A stretch of 64,000 nt of DNA from Balanoglossus misakiensis (lineage: Eukaryota; Animalia; Hemichordata). Positions 49,699-64,000 of the stretch are shown here, one piece after another (position 1 is the stretch's first letter; each line of letters begins with the position of its first letter). The notes beneath the pieces are model-generated. The model did not search any database, was not told where the DNA came from, and was given only the letters and a program-made list of their open reading frames with translations. Both the position numbers and the translations under genes were made by a program. The stretch covers positions 15,361,028 to 15,425,027 of the forward strand of contig CM082576.2 in assembly GCA_040954595.2 (NCBI GenBank), given 5' to 3'.

Positions 49699-51783
49699 GA
49701 CATGATCAGCTTGGACAGAGTGCCTAATACATTCATGGTTGCATTTGTTACTGGGAGGAATGTGTTTTCTAGGAAGTTTCTTTGTTGGTGTTTTGACACC
49801 TGTTGGGTATAAAAAATCTGCATATGTGAGGAAGTAAATTTACGAACCTGTCCAGCGTTACGAGCGACTTCAGAGGAAACTTCAGAACCAGTGAAGGAAC
49901 CACCTGTAAAAAGAGTGAATCAGTCGTAGTAACATAGGTAGTTTATTCGATCAGTTAATTTGTGATTTTCTTGTAAATCCACAGGAGAGTGACTCAGCAA
50001 TAACACTGGGTACTATAGGTAGGACGGCAGGTCGATTCTGTCTTACCTACAACCAAGACTTTCTTCCCTTTGAATTTGCTACTTTCCCGATATTCATTCG
50101 CATGGATCTTTAATCCCTTGAAGTTTTCTTGACCAGGATAGACAGGGGTATATGCTTTGTTAAAGGCACCAGTACACACCATGACGTAATCGAAGGTTTC
50201 AACGGAAGCTGTGCCGTCACTGGTCAGCAGATGGAGCCTCCAGTACTCGTTCCCGTCATGCTTTTCAAGTTTGGTCACCTTTGTATTGAATTTGATGTAC
50301 TTCTCGAGGTCGAAGTGGGCTGCGTAGTCTTGCAAATATTTAATACAGAGGCGGTGACCAAAATGGGGCGTGTACTCTCGTGGAAAAGGGAAATCAGAAA
50401 ACGAGAACATTTCTTTGCTAATGTTTGTCACAAGTGTGTCGTAGATGGCGCCCCCTTGGTCAGGTCGCAACTCAGACGTGTGGTACCACAATCCACCTGA
50501 AAAGAAAGTCTGTAACATGAGTCATTATAAATGTATTGCCTTTCACTGTCATTAAAGGAAACATGTTTACTGACATACAGATTATCCATCATAACTGTCC
50601 AAACGACAAAACTTTGGCACTCACAGGGGATATGGTATCGCATTACTGTAAAATAAAGAATTAGCCTAGTAAAAATACATATATATAGCGACTCGTATTG
50701 CGAGCATGATTGTTAATGTATTGAGGCGTGTGAAAGGTCTTCATTTGGTCACCGCCATGAAAAGCTCAGTGAGTAACCCCTCCATTATGACATCCACTGT
50801 TATCATTAGTCTGGTCCCCTGCCCCAATCCCACCGCTGGCTGCGCTACGCTAAAGGGTAAGGGGTCAGGTACCGATTTCATGCCCAGGAACCTCGGAAGA
50901 CCACGTGATCATAAACAAGATAGTTGCGCCGATGTCCGTACGCCAGTCAAGATTCGTCCAGGCAGTTTATTTTGTTTCGTTTGTTGTAAAGTTGGAAATC
51001 GAATGATAAACATTCATGGAGGTGAAGGAGAGAACGGGAAATGAGTATCTTACAACAACTTGTCAATTTAACAACTTAATGTTCGTATGTATTGACCAAT
51101 GAGAGCCATGTTTACAATAGGCCGTGCCTGACCCTGTCCCTTTAGCGTAGCGCAGCCAGCGGTGGGATTGGGGCAGGGGACCAGACTATGTTATCATTAG
51201 TCTCGGTTACCCAGACTCCTCTGCTTTTTCTGGAGCGCCAACGGAAGAAGCAAAGGGGTCTGGGTAACCGAGACTATGTTACCATAAGCCAACTGCCAAC
51301 CTAAGGACTGTGGGTCGTACAATAAATTTCCGTATTTGTACGGTACGCGCAGACGTGCACTGAGTCCCAATACGGGAGACGTGCTTGGCTATTGACCTTT
51401 CACCTGCCGTATGTAAACCACGATTTTATAGACATGAGAACAATTTTTCCGAAGGCCATCCATACCACACGCAGAATACACTCGCCTGCGGCTCGTCCAA
51501 TACGCGTCACTCACTAAGCCCTCGTCCATACTGGGCTGTATATTGTGAATAACCCTACATTATCGGTCGATTTCAAAGTATACGCATGAATTTCACTCTA
51601 ACCACGAGAAGGGGTTCATGTATGGGTCACATGACACCCCCCCTTTCATCAGACTCGCTTACCAAGTTTGTTGTGTCTCTCAAAACAGGTCGGCTCCAGA
51701 CCATCTTCTTCGAGGCAACTTTTGATTGATACCAGGCCAGAAACTCCAGCACCTATGATAGCCACGCGTTTCCTGGTTGCCAT
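45526..51783 (-). CDS. Flavin-containing monooxygenase (class B, FMO-like), ~501 aa
   Basis: Exons 51783-51663 ([11 protein letters not shown]), 50496-50047 ([23 protein letters not shown]), 49903-49848 (GGSFTG), 49644-49468, 47317-47098 (IFATGY), 46921-46683, 45768-45526 ([13 protein letters not shown]). All phases are consistent. Confidence 0.95.
45877..46493 (+). mobile_element. Helentron-associated (HINE/DINE-like) element, copy 2, in FMO intron 6
   Basis: Subterminal GGTCCCAT, (CAGA)n/(CA)n core, and 3' stem-loop AGGTCCCAT...ATGGGACCT followed by an A-run. Similar to 19956-20500. Confidence 0.7.
47578..49394 (+). mobile_element. 5'-truncated non-LTR retrotransposon (LINE, RTE-X-like), antisense in FMO intron 4
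   Basis: Uninterrupted RT ORF to 49288 ([42 protein letters not shown]-terminal CxxC..EDEYHF..CP). AATAAA and (TAT)n tail. 10-bp TSD TACTTAACAA at 47568-47577 and 49395-49404. Confidence 0.95.
49649..49695. repeat. (TA)n microsatellite abutting the FMO exon 4 acceptor
   Basis: Direct reading. Confidence 0.95.
50807..51188. mobile_element. MITE with ~50-bp perfect TIRs (TAGTCT...AGACTA) and 9-bp TSD TGTTATCAT; Academ(H)-like
   Basis: TAGTCTGGTCCCCTGCCCCAATCCCACCGCTGGCTGCGCTACGCTAAAGGG and its exact reverse complement at the right end. Confidence 0.9.
51198..51276. mobile_element. 79-bp hairpin mini-element (TAGTCTCGGTTACCCAGAC...GTCTGGGTAACCGAGACTA) with 9-bp TSD
   Basis: Flanked by TGTTATCAT (51189-51197) and TGTTACCAT (51277-51285). 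Confidence 0.88.
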
Positions 51784-52219
51784 AGTGATATCTGAATTCC
51801 CGCATACAAGAACGAGTGATTCTACTTTGGCGGTTTTGTCAGGTCACCATATGTGTAATGTAGGCCATTTTGTGGCCCCTTAACTTTCCGCTTTTATAGT
51901 TCTTTGTAATACATGTGCACTTGCACGACACAACAGTGTAAGAGCCCCTTAACCACCTACTTTTTCTGTGGGTCAAATCGAGTCGAGCGTTTAAAGTCGT
52001 CCTTGAATACAAAAATACCAGGGGTCAAACGTTTACACAGGTTTCCAATGGCAGTGCTCTCCGCGACCTACATTCGCTCTTATAAACGTGCGAGCCAACC
52101 AGCTCTTAAACAAAGATGACCCGCAAATGAACTTTTAACCTTTCGACACAGTTCAGAACAGTACCAAGATCTCCTGTTTTGGGTGTCACCAAGAATCTAG
52201 TCCATAACGGATCGAAAAC
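51784..52219. promoter_or_regulatory. Shared divergent promoter of FMO and SULT
   Basis: 436 bp between start codons. TATAAAAG on - (51891-51898) and TATAAA on + (52081-52086). DR5-spaced nuclear-receptor half sites TGACCC-N5-TGAACT (52117-52133); further GGGTCA half sites near 51970 and 52022. Confidence 0.65.
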
Positions 52220-55749
<3,530 letters not shown>

Positions 55750-55809
55750 ACTGATCTGTAATTTTGAGGTCTTACGCATTTTGTTTTACATGAATAAATG
55801 GTAGAGACC

Positions 55810-55980
55810 GATTATTCATTTTGGCGAGTTATTTTACTCTCGTGTCTACAAGCGGGATGGAAGTTGTGTGTGGTTGAACGTTGATTCACTATATATCCAC
55901 GTGTACATTAACATAAATAGTGTCTTGTATCAAACATAATTAATGGAAAAGGGGCAGCGAGAGAGAGAGACTTTGTCCCT
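55810..55980 (+). mobile_element. Right half of AGGGACAAAG fold-back MITE
   Basis: Matches 26800-26973 and ends at TTAA. Confidence 0.82.
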
Positions 55981-56469
55981 TTAACAGTAACATGAGGAAG
56001 TGACCAATCCCTTTGATATTTGTCGCAGATGCGTGGCATTGTCCTTCTCGTTCAATGTCCGTTATATGATTCAGGCAAGATGTACATGTACATGTAATAA
56101 TACAGGAATATAGAGTGTACCGTTAACGAGACCCAGTCATTTTACAGAGAAACATCGAGGGGGGTTACGTATTGATTAAAAGTACCCGTAGTAGCTGAAC
56201 TAACAGAGCTACGTGTAAACCAAGCTGTATTCTATCGGGTTAAAACCAGAAATGATGACGTCATCTGATCCAGTTCATGTATCTCCCAGAACAAACAAAT
56301 TCTAACCTCAGAGAAGGCATTCAAATATTTAAATAGGGTCAAATGTTCTTTAAAGTTCGAAATTTAACATGAATATTCATTGCACGTATATGCTTTGGCA
56401 AAATTGTGACTGAATTCAACAATAGAGAAGCATCACGCAAATGATGAATTATCACAGTCCCCTGCATGC

Positions 56470-58428
56470 CTACAACTCGTCATGGTCGGGCTGAGAGAAT
56501 GTGCAGTAGTAGGTATGGGTGTCTCCATCACGTCTGTAGGAGCAGTACACAATATCAAAATATAAGGTGATGTTTCCTGGTGGGTTCCAGTAAAATTCCC
56601 CGGAAAGTCGCTCGGGACATTCCTGTTGGGGCAAGATAAATGTCTGTATAAAGAGCGTTATTGTAATAGCTGTTACGGCACGTTTCTATACTGCGTGTTG
56701 TGTGTCGCGTTACATGGTCTAGGCAGGTACAATAGTTGATAGTCTAGCGAGGGCAGGGGCCCGGGGATTCTAGTGAAATAAAATGGTCCATACACTACAA
56801 CAGAAAAGAACTGTTTGCTTTCAAGGAGAAGCTGCCGCCTACGACCGATTATCAATGCAAGTATGCTGGATCTCTTGTCGTTCTTTGGCACATTACTTGG
56901 TAATCACTGTACATGAATTGCACAATAGAAGGAATGACTTCATTGAATGCATACTCTGTGTTTAAAATATTTCCTAGTGTTTCAGGAGGCAAGCAATCAC
57001 CGCGACAACTCTCATATGCGTAAATGTAGAGATACGCTGTTTCTAAGTAACACATTGGTCGAAAAAGAATTGCTTCTATGACCTCAACATTTTGAGTATT
57101 TTAAAGTTTGAGAACTTAAACACTATAGTATCATATAATAAATAGGGTGATTTTTAACCCTTTTTGCAGTATGACCCTTGTGTAATAAGTAATAATAGTG
57201 TATTAATAAAAAAGGCAATATCGGTTGACATACAGTCATTTCTTTGGTTGTCGTTACATAAATATTCCCGGGATAAAATTCCAAGGTTCCTTCTAAACAT
57301 TGATTGATCTTTGCACCGTCCAGTTTTGTTCCCTGCAAAGACAAACAATGATTGGTGCAGATAATTGTTATTGTTATCAAGTTAAAGGCAGTGAGAACTT
57401 TCAGGAATCTAGATACAATAATTATATGTAAAGCTGCAAAATGAAACATGAAAACAATAGAAAACTCGACATGCCTGACTTAATGTAAGGTTAAGGCGGG
57501 GGACAAAATTAAAATATTGTCACCTTCCTTATTGTTACTTAATTTTTACTTGATATCAACGAATTTTAAATAAAAAAATAATGTAGAACATGCTGATCCC
57601 ATTCAACTGTTTCAGCCAAAAGGTGGTAAATATGAGGTAAAACTTTGAGTCGGCATTTTTCCTGCTAGTATTCCTATGCTGAAAATACTTGAACACCTGT
57701 ATCAAAAATCAATCGTGCAGTCATGATATTTCATTTATACCTTGTCATCTTTTGTTAAATTGGCAATATTACAATAGCGTGTTACAACACCGGGCTATAA
57801 CATTTCCACATATCAGCTATGGGTATGCTAACCACTGCATTTGGGTAGTTCCCTACCCCAAATAGAAGCTAACACTTGTTTGGGCAGGGAAAAGCTGGAA
57901 GAGATCCCAGTTATGGTGGCCGTCCACTTAGTGTGAACATTTGCTAACTCTGTCTCTTAATACAACAAAACGTGATTGAGATACAGATTTTGTTAAACAA
58001 GATATGTTGTTAGAGTATGGCCATTGGCGATTCGCATGATAACTAACACAAATACGCCTTATTTAATCATATTGTGCTCTTTCCATTGCATTCCACATAT
58101 ATTACAGGTAAACACTCACCAGGTTTGCTGTTTCCAGTTCGTTCCTCACAACACTAACGGTTCGAAATGTCGTCGTCGGGCGTATGTATTCACCCACAAC
58201 TTTGTAGACCTCGTATGTTTTTTCTGGTGTTTTACTCTTCACAATGTCGGGCAACTCCGCCAGTTTGTCGAAACACGGAACTTTCTGAGTGCCAACTGCG
58301 TTCACGACAGCGTCATCGTACATTCGGAACACGCCAGATCAACATATCCACTCCTTCGACTCGTGCGGATGTTTGACGCTACAACTGACAATTGCCAACA
58401 CGGCTGGCAAAAGAAACACCCACCTCAT
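56470..58428 (-). pseudogene. Uncharacterised secretory-pathway protein ending HDEL, paralog 1. Has one in-frame TGA (nonsense allele/pseudogene, or recoded)
   Basis: Exons 58428-58120, 57332-57234, 56622-56470, colinear with the + strand paralog. TGA at 58341-58339 (EWIC*SGVFRMY) aligns to Thr. The rest of the frame and the splice sites are intact. Confidence 0.75.
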
Positions 58429-58493
58429 TGTCTGATCTGTCTGAGGATAAAAAATCAAAGCACTCGTCAAGATTTCGTTGCACCTTTGTCGAA

Positions 58494-58874
58494 TACATAC
58501 ATACATACATACATACATACATACATACATACATACATACATACATACATACATACATACATACATACATACATACATACATACATACATACATGTACAT
58601 ACATACATACATACATACATACATACATACATACATACATACATACATACATACATACATACATACATACATGTACATACATACATACATACATACATAC
58701 ATACATACATACATACATACATACATACATACATACATACATACATACATACATACATACATACATACATACATACATACATACATACATACATACATAC
58801 ATACATACATACATACATACATACATACATACATACATACATACATACATACATACATACATACATACATACAT
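58494..58874. repeat. (TACA)n microsatellite ~65 bp upstream of the paralog-1 start codon
   Basis: Direct reading. Confidence 0.97.
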
Positions 58875-59577
58875 CGTGGAACAGGTGTAAATAACAATAA
58901 ATCCTCTCTTCAGAAATTTAGACAAGAGATTAACGGATGCTTCCAGGTGAATACTAATGAGTCCCAAAATATTGCTGTATAGCGGTGCACGGGACTATTG
59001 CAAAAACTATAAAAAAATGAAATAAACACGCAGATCCCTCGTCGTTCTTTTATAGGAAACACTTTTACTTTTAGTTTGTGATATTTTTGTTTTAGGCACA
59101 TTTCCATAGCATTCTGCACCGGACCAAATAAACGCCATCCATTTTTAACATCGAAAATTCTATCTTTGTTCGCTTTATGTTAAGCGTTCGCGTTTTAGAA
59201 GCTTTCGCACTAGCATGTACTGCTCTCAGGCACAGTCTTCATGTATATATATACCTTTGTGCAACGTGTATGTCTGTCTTGGGTCGTCTGTGAAAGCTGT
59301 GCCTTAGGAACAAACCATTTTACCTGACTGCGGGTGGCGTTGTTCGTGATGTGCTCTATAAACGAGCAAATGATTTGGGAGGAGGTTCATTCCGAAACGT
59401 GACATATTTGAGTCAATCTGAAAGTAGCAATCGCCCTGTATGTACGCGACATTCGAACTTGGACCTACATGTACGATATCATTGCAAATAACACACAAGT
59501 CACGTGATAGTAGGCGTATTCGTATACATAGATTAACAAATTACCTGAAATGCATTATTGTCAACATTGAAGGCATA

Positions 59578-59750
59578 CTGTAAATCGGAAAATTTTCGCG
59601 TCATGAAATTTCGGCGATAACCAAATCGGCAACTGTCACGTGACAGTAAATTTTCGCGTTCTCGTATTGCGTCGTTATCCCCAAAAACATTTTACGCGAG
59701 TCTTTATTTTCGCGTTTTATTGGCTCTCGCGTAGTTCGCGAAAATTTATC
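59578..59750. mobile_element. Mariner-type MITE relic (TA|CTGTAAATCGGAAAATTTTCGCG..., repeated TTTTCGCG)
   Basis: A related fragment lies in reverse at 39360-39425. Confidence 0.5.
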
Positions 59751-60150
59751 GTTCACTAAATAACAATAGAGCAACTTAGGTTCAGGTTCGATGCTCCATC
59801 CTAAACCTAACCTAACAACACGTGTGTACAGAACACCGAACTAAACCCCAAACTATACCCGTCCCTTGAGGGGTCATTATTAGAATGGACAGCACAGCCA
59901 CAGCATTATTTTCATCGTATGAAGTCAGCGTGTTCATTCGCTCCAGTGCTACTAACATAAAATGATGCCTAAAATATCGCAGAAAGAAACAAATTGTGTC
60001 CTATTTAAGAAGAACTGGGGATCTGAAAGTCTATTTTAATCGTTTTCATTTTTATAGGTCGACCCAAGCATTCATACTATTTATATAGGATTCGTTATAC
60101 ATTAGTACTGACGTGCTTTCATTGATTTCTATCGTCAGATAGATCGAACG

Positions 60151-61433
60151 ATGAAGTGGCTGTTAGTTCTGCCGGTCGTGTTGACAATTGTCAGTGGTGG
60201 CGGCGTCGACAAAAGCCCGTACCAGTCGAAGGAATGGATATGTACATCTGCCGAATTCCGATTATACGATGATGACGTATTCACCACCGTTGCCACTCAA
60301 AAAGTCCCGTGTTTTGACGAATTGATTGATATACCAGACATTTTGGAGGGTAAAACACCAGAAAAAACATACGAAGTATACAAAGCTGTGGGGGAATTCA
60401 TAGGCCCGACGACGACATTTCGAACCGTTAATGTTGTCAAGGACAAACTGGAAACAGCAAACCTGGTGAGTATTATTAACCTGTAATATTTTGATCGCAA
60501 AGGAAAGTGCACAGAATGATGACGAATTAAGGCGTTTTGGTGTTTGTTACCATCCTTTACTTGTAGATTATTGTGCAGAATCTATCTAGATATATTTTCA
60601 TATTTTATAATACGAGATAGCATCAGCTGAGTGAACGAATACCGCAAATTGCAAATGCCAAAACAAACATTGTGCACTATGTCTGTCTTATTTTAAGGTT
60701 AACGTTTAACCTTAAAATAAGACAGACATGGCAGATTTCTGTTCTTTTCCTCATTCATTTTGCATCTTTACATTGTATCTAAATCCCACTGCAACCAAAC
60801 TTTAACGTGATAACGTGGAAACAATCTGTATCAATCGCTGTTTGTCGTTACAGGGAACAAAATTGGATGGTGTATGGGTCAAACAGTGTTTTACCGGAAT
60901 CGTGAAATTTTATGCCGGTAATATCATTGCAGCGACTGCCGAGGAAATGACTGTATGTATTTTTGCCTCTAATGGACTAAATATGTATCTTGATTGTGGA
61001 ATTGATAATCCTACAGAGACGTGGAATATGATGCATTACACTCTACGGCTACGTATATATAACCGTACTGTAATAACAAAGTAAAAAGTCTCTAACAAAA
61101 TGTCGAAAAGTTTCACAGACCCAAATCACGGTGATACGCAAACTTCCGCTGAACCCGTGACTCAAGTTTGTCCGGCGATTCCGCCTCTGTTCTGACCATG
61201 CTGTATCAAATTACCCAATGCTATTTCATTGTCAAACAACGGTTTTTATAAAGATATTCTTTGACATTGTGCCCCAACAGGAATGTCCCGAGCGACTTTC
61301 CAAGGAAATGTACTGGAACCCTCCCGGAAACGTCACCTTGTCTGTCGATATTGTGTACTGCTCCTACAGACGCGATGGAGATACCAATTACTACTACTGC
61401 TTATATTACACACCTGACCATGATGAGTTGTAG
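60151..61433 (+). CDS. Uncharacterised ER-lumenal protein (signal peptide, 6 Cys, C-terminal HDEL), paralog 2, 188 aa
   Basis: Phase-0 exons 60151-60465, 60854-60952, 61281-61433. Signal peptide MKWLLVLPVVLTIVSG; ends PDHDEL*. Codon-like conservation with paralog 1. Confidence 0.85.
60679..60729. repeat. Perfect 24-bp inverted repeat with 3-nt loop
   Basis: ATGTCTGTCTTATTTTAAGGTTAA-CGT-TTAACCTTAAAATAAGACAGACAT. Confidence 0.95.
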
Positions 61434-61725
61434 ACATGTAATCCCCGGTAGACTGTAACTATCAATTCTATGTAATTTGCATAGTGGTTACTCTAGTGTT
61501 GACTCTATATTGTTTGTTGAAGCACATTAACAGATAATTATTCACGTTAACTTTCGGGAATTAAAGTTTCTAACTAGGTACATGTGTATTTAAATGCCTC
61601 GCGTCAGATGGTATGCATCTCACTCGTACTTGTAATTCAACTTACAGGATTCACATTTGGAGAATTTGTTTTTCCCTGTGATTTTTTAAATTGAAAATCA
61701 ACTCCACATTATTATAGTTATACGA

Positions 61726-62013
61726 AGGCCAAATAAAAAGATATGTGCTGTTCCGATAACATGGTTTTCAAAAATAGGATAGGTAGGTAGGGAAATTGTT
61801 TTATTTTGCAATTTTTTTATATCTTTGGCCGCCGTAGTGTAGAAGAATGACGTCATAGTTCTTGCGTGATTCTCACAATTTTCATAAATATTGTATATTT
61901 GACATCGTTATTTATACTTTCGGCTTTAAAAAGCTCTAAAAAGTTTGGATCGGCGGGTTAAAAAAAAGGTAGGTCGGGTAATCGGAACAGCACATATTTT
62001 TTTTTATTTGGCC
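61726..62013. mobile_element. Complete MITE with AGGCCAAATAAAAA..ATATGTGCTGTTCCGAT TIRs
   Basis: Inverted termini; other copies at 8086, 31945 and 63794. Confidence 0.85.
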
Positions 62014-63357
62014 TGATGGCTTACACAGGCTACACGCAGGGCGCCATTCTTTGAGTTTCAGGTTGGAATTTGTTGACTCACACACCAGTCGTATATATAT
62101 ACTGTACATTTCCCTTCTAACAACTATTATTGTGCATTGACAGTGTCTCAAATGCACGCGACATTGAATGAATATACTGCCAGTTGAGTAGTTTCAGCGT
62201 GCCATTGTGAAAAAAGAGACTAAACATGGTTACTTTTATCAATTTTTATTAATTAAGAATGAAAACATTTTTTACACTGTCAAAACCAATGTTGTCAGTA
62301 TGTCATGTGTGGTGTAGCGCAGTTCTTGAACTGAACAAAAATAATGAACCCTGTACAAATACATGATAAATGAGGTACATGTTGTACAAATGCACTTAAA
62401 CAGTTACGTTGCCAAGCATATAAAGTTTCTGTTATGAAATGAACCATCGAAAAGACATTTGAATTATCATGAAAAAGTATATTGCGAGACGCTATGCTTA
62501 TTGTTAAATTTCATTAGTTACATTTATTTATCACCGGGAATGTTGCAATAAGAAATAGAGCATTTTTCGTGTTTTTGCAGGAAATTAATCTCACTCTGGA
62601 AGGAGAAGTTTCGTGACAGAGCACTGATTATATTACAAAATAAAGGTATATTTTTGTGTGAGAAAAGGTCAACTGATATTACTTATAAAAGGGGTGCTTG
62701 CTTGGGACAAACATTACCCACCCACAGAATTTCAGACAACATGCATAGCAATTTTTAACAGTGAATACAGTAGATGTTATATCGTTTTTACTTGTAAATG
62801 ATGATACTGGCTGAAAATACCAATGCAGACGCAACCTGTTCTTTGATGGCAAAGCAGACGGAGATACATTCGGAAAATATAGCAGAACTCAATCGTCATT
62901 CCATTTCACATTGTAACTAAAATTAACGTGGTCGAAGTATGAAAGCACGTGCAGATGAAACGCATTGTAAGATTTGATGCCCCGCGGTGTAACCTTCGCC
63001 AAATTCACCTCCCGGAAGGTGACGGACTATACAGCCCACTCAAGACAATTCGAGAACGATTAGTACCTTCTCTTGCAGGCTTTCTCGTGTAACAAGTGGG
63101 CGTTCTGCAACTTCTCTGGCATTACCAGTTTTGTTTAATAGCCGCGTGTCAACATCATTTTGGAACGTAGCTAATACGCATGATGTGATTGGCAAATACA
63201 TGATGTGACCGCAAAAAGACATCCGTAAGCGGAAATGTCAAGACGTACATTAAAATTGTGTACTATAAGGTAACGGTGCATGAAATCACAGTCCATGAAA
63301 TGGTCCACTGCCAATATCGTTAGATGGAACAATAAGGTAAGTAAGAAAAGGAAACAT

Positions 63358-63627
63358 TCAGGCTCGCGAGTTATATTCCCTGTCGTCTGCGGAGAGCAGC
63401 ACCGACCAGTAAACTATGTTGAAGACGATGTAGGACAGCGGAAACAGAACTCTAGAAAAACGGTCCACATTGACACCCCGTGGTTTTCTTCTCCTGGTGC
63501 TGCTGTGTTGTCGCTCCAGGTCTGTTTCTATTGATGGAGTAACGCAGTTGAGGGTCTGCAGCTCTGTTGGCGCCTCGTCAAATCGTCGACTACTTGAACT
63601 GGTGCGACCCATCAGCTTGCGAACAGC
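63358..63627 (-). CDS. Last coding exon (M4 helix) of a Cys-loop anion channel subunit (GABA-A/glycine receptor-like)
   Basis: VDRFSRVLFPLSYIVFNIVYW is the typical M4 signature. Acceptor CACACAG| at 63627; the rest of the gene lies beyond the window. Confidence 0.88.
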   Translation of the reverse strand, partial: AVRKLMGRTSSSSRRFDEAPTELQTLNCVTPSIETDLERQHSSTRRRKPRGVNVDRFSRVLFPLSYIVFNIVYWSVLLSADDREYNSRA

Positions 63628-63793
63628 CTGTGTGGATTGAAAGATGCGTTTACGACAAAATTCAATTTAGTAGCAACAGCCGCCAAACTATAGCGACACC
63701 GTATTTCTGTGATGCCAGCGACACTTTATTGCTTTAGTAGATAAAGAGGCACCTCCATTCCCGTTTGCGCAGTTGAAGTTAGGACTTTTCATA

Positions 63794-64000
63794 AGGCCGA
63801 ATAATAAAAATATGTACTTTTCCGGTTACCCGACCTACGCTAATTTAAGCCTCCCGACCCTAAACTTTTTAAAGCTTCGTAAACCGGGAGTAAAAATAAC
63901 GATGTCAAATATACAAAATTTATGAAAATTGCGAGAATCGCGCAAGAACTCTGACGTCATTATTCGACACTACGGCGGCCAAAGATATAAAAAGTAATTG
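63794..64000 (-). mobile_element. AGGCC MITE family copy, reverse orientation, cut by the window edge
   Basis: Reverse complement matches 61815-62013. Confidence 0.78.

Noticed and set aside
50798-51285. CRISPR array
   Set aside because: The repeats are 9-bp TSDs around TIR elements; eukaryotic context and no cas genes.

Overview
AT-rich, intron-rich animal genomic DNA. A marine invertebrate, possibly a deuterostome such as a hemichordate or echinoderm, is my inference from gene and transposon style; the species is not identifiable from this window. Exon models were built by hand from GT-AG sites and reading-frame phase. 1-19.9 kb: a recently duplicated and inverted array of genes for two-C-type-lectin-domain (CTLD) mucin-stalk membrane receptors. 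It holds two intact copies on +, one headless copy on -, and one promoter+exon1+exon2 fragment. Variation is concentrated in the ligand-binding loops, and the copies show mosaic (gene-conversion-like) similarity. 20.6-34.2 kb (-): a ~1000-aa CTLD-EGF type I receptor with an ITAM-like, tyrosine-rich tail. 39.6-42.5 kb (-): a Toll-like receptor with an intronless CDS. 45.5-55.7 kb: a flavin-containing monooxygenase (FMO) and a cytosolic sulfotransferase (SULT), head-to-head across a ~440-bp shared promoter; a fresh LINE insertion lies in an FMO intron. 56.5-61.4 kb: a divergent pair of unrecognised small HDEL-ending ER proteins, one with an in-frame TGA. 63.4-63.6 kb: last exon of a Cys-loop anion channel. 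Many MITEs and microsatellites are scattered throughout.
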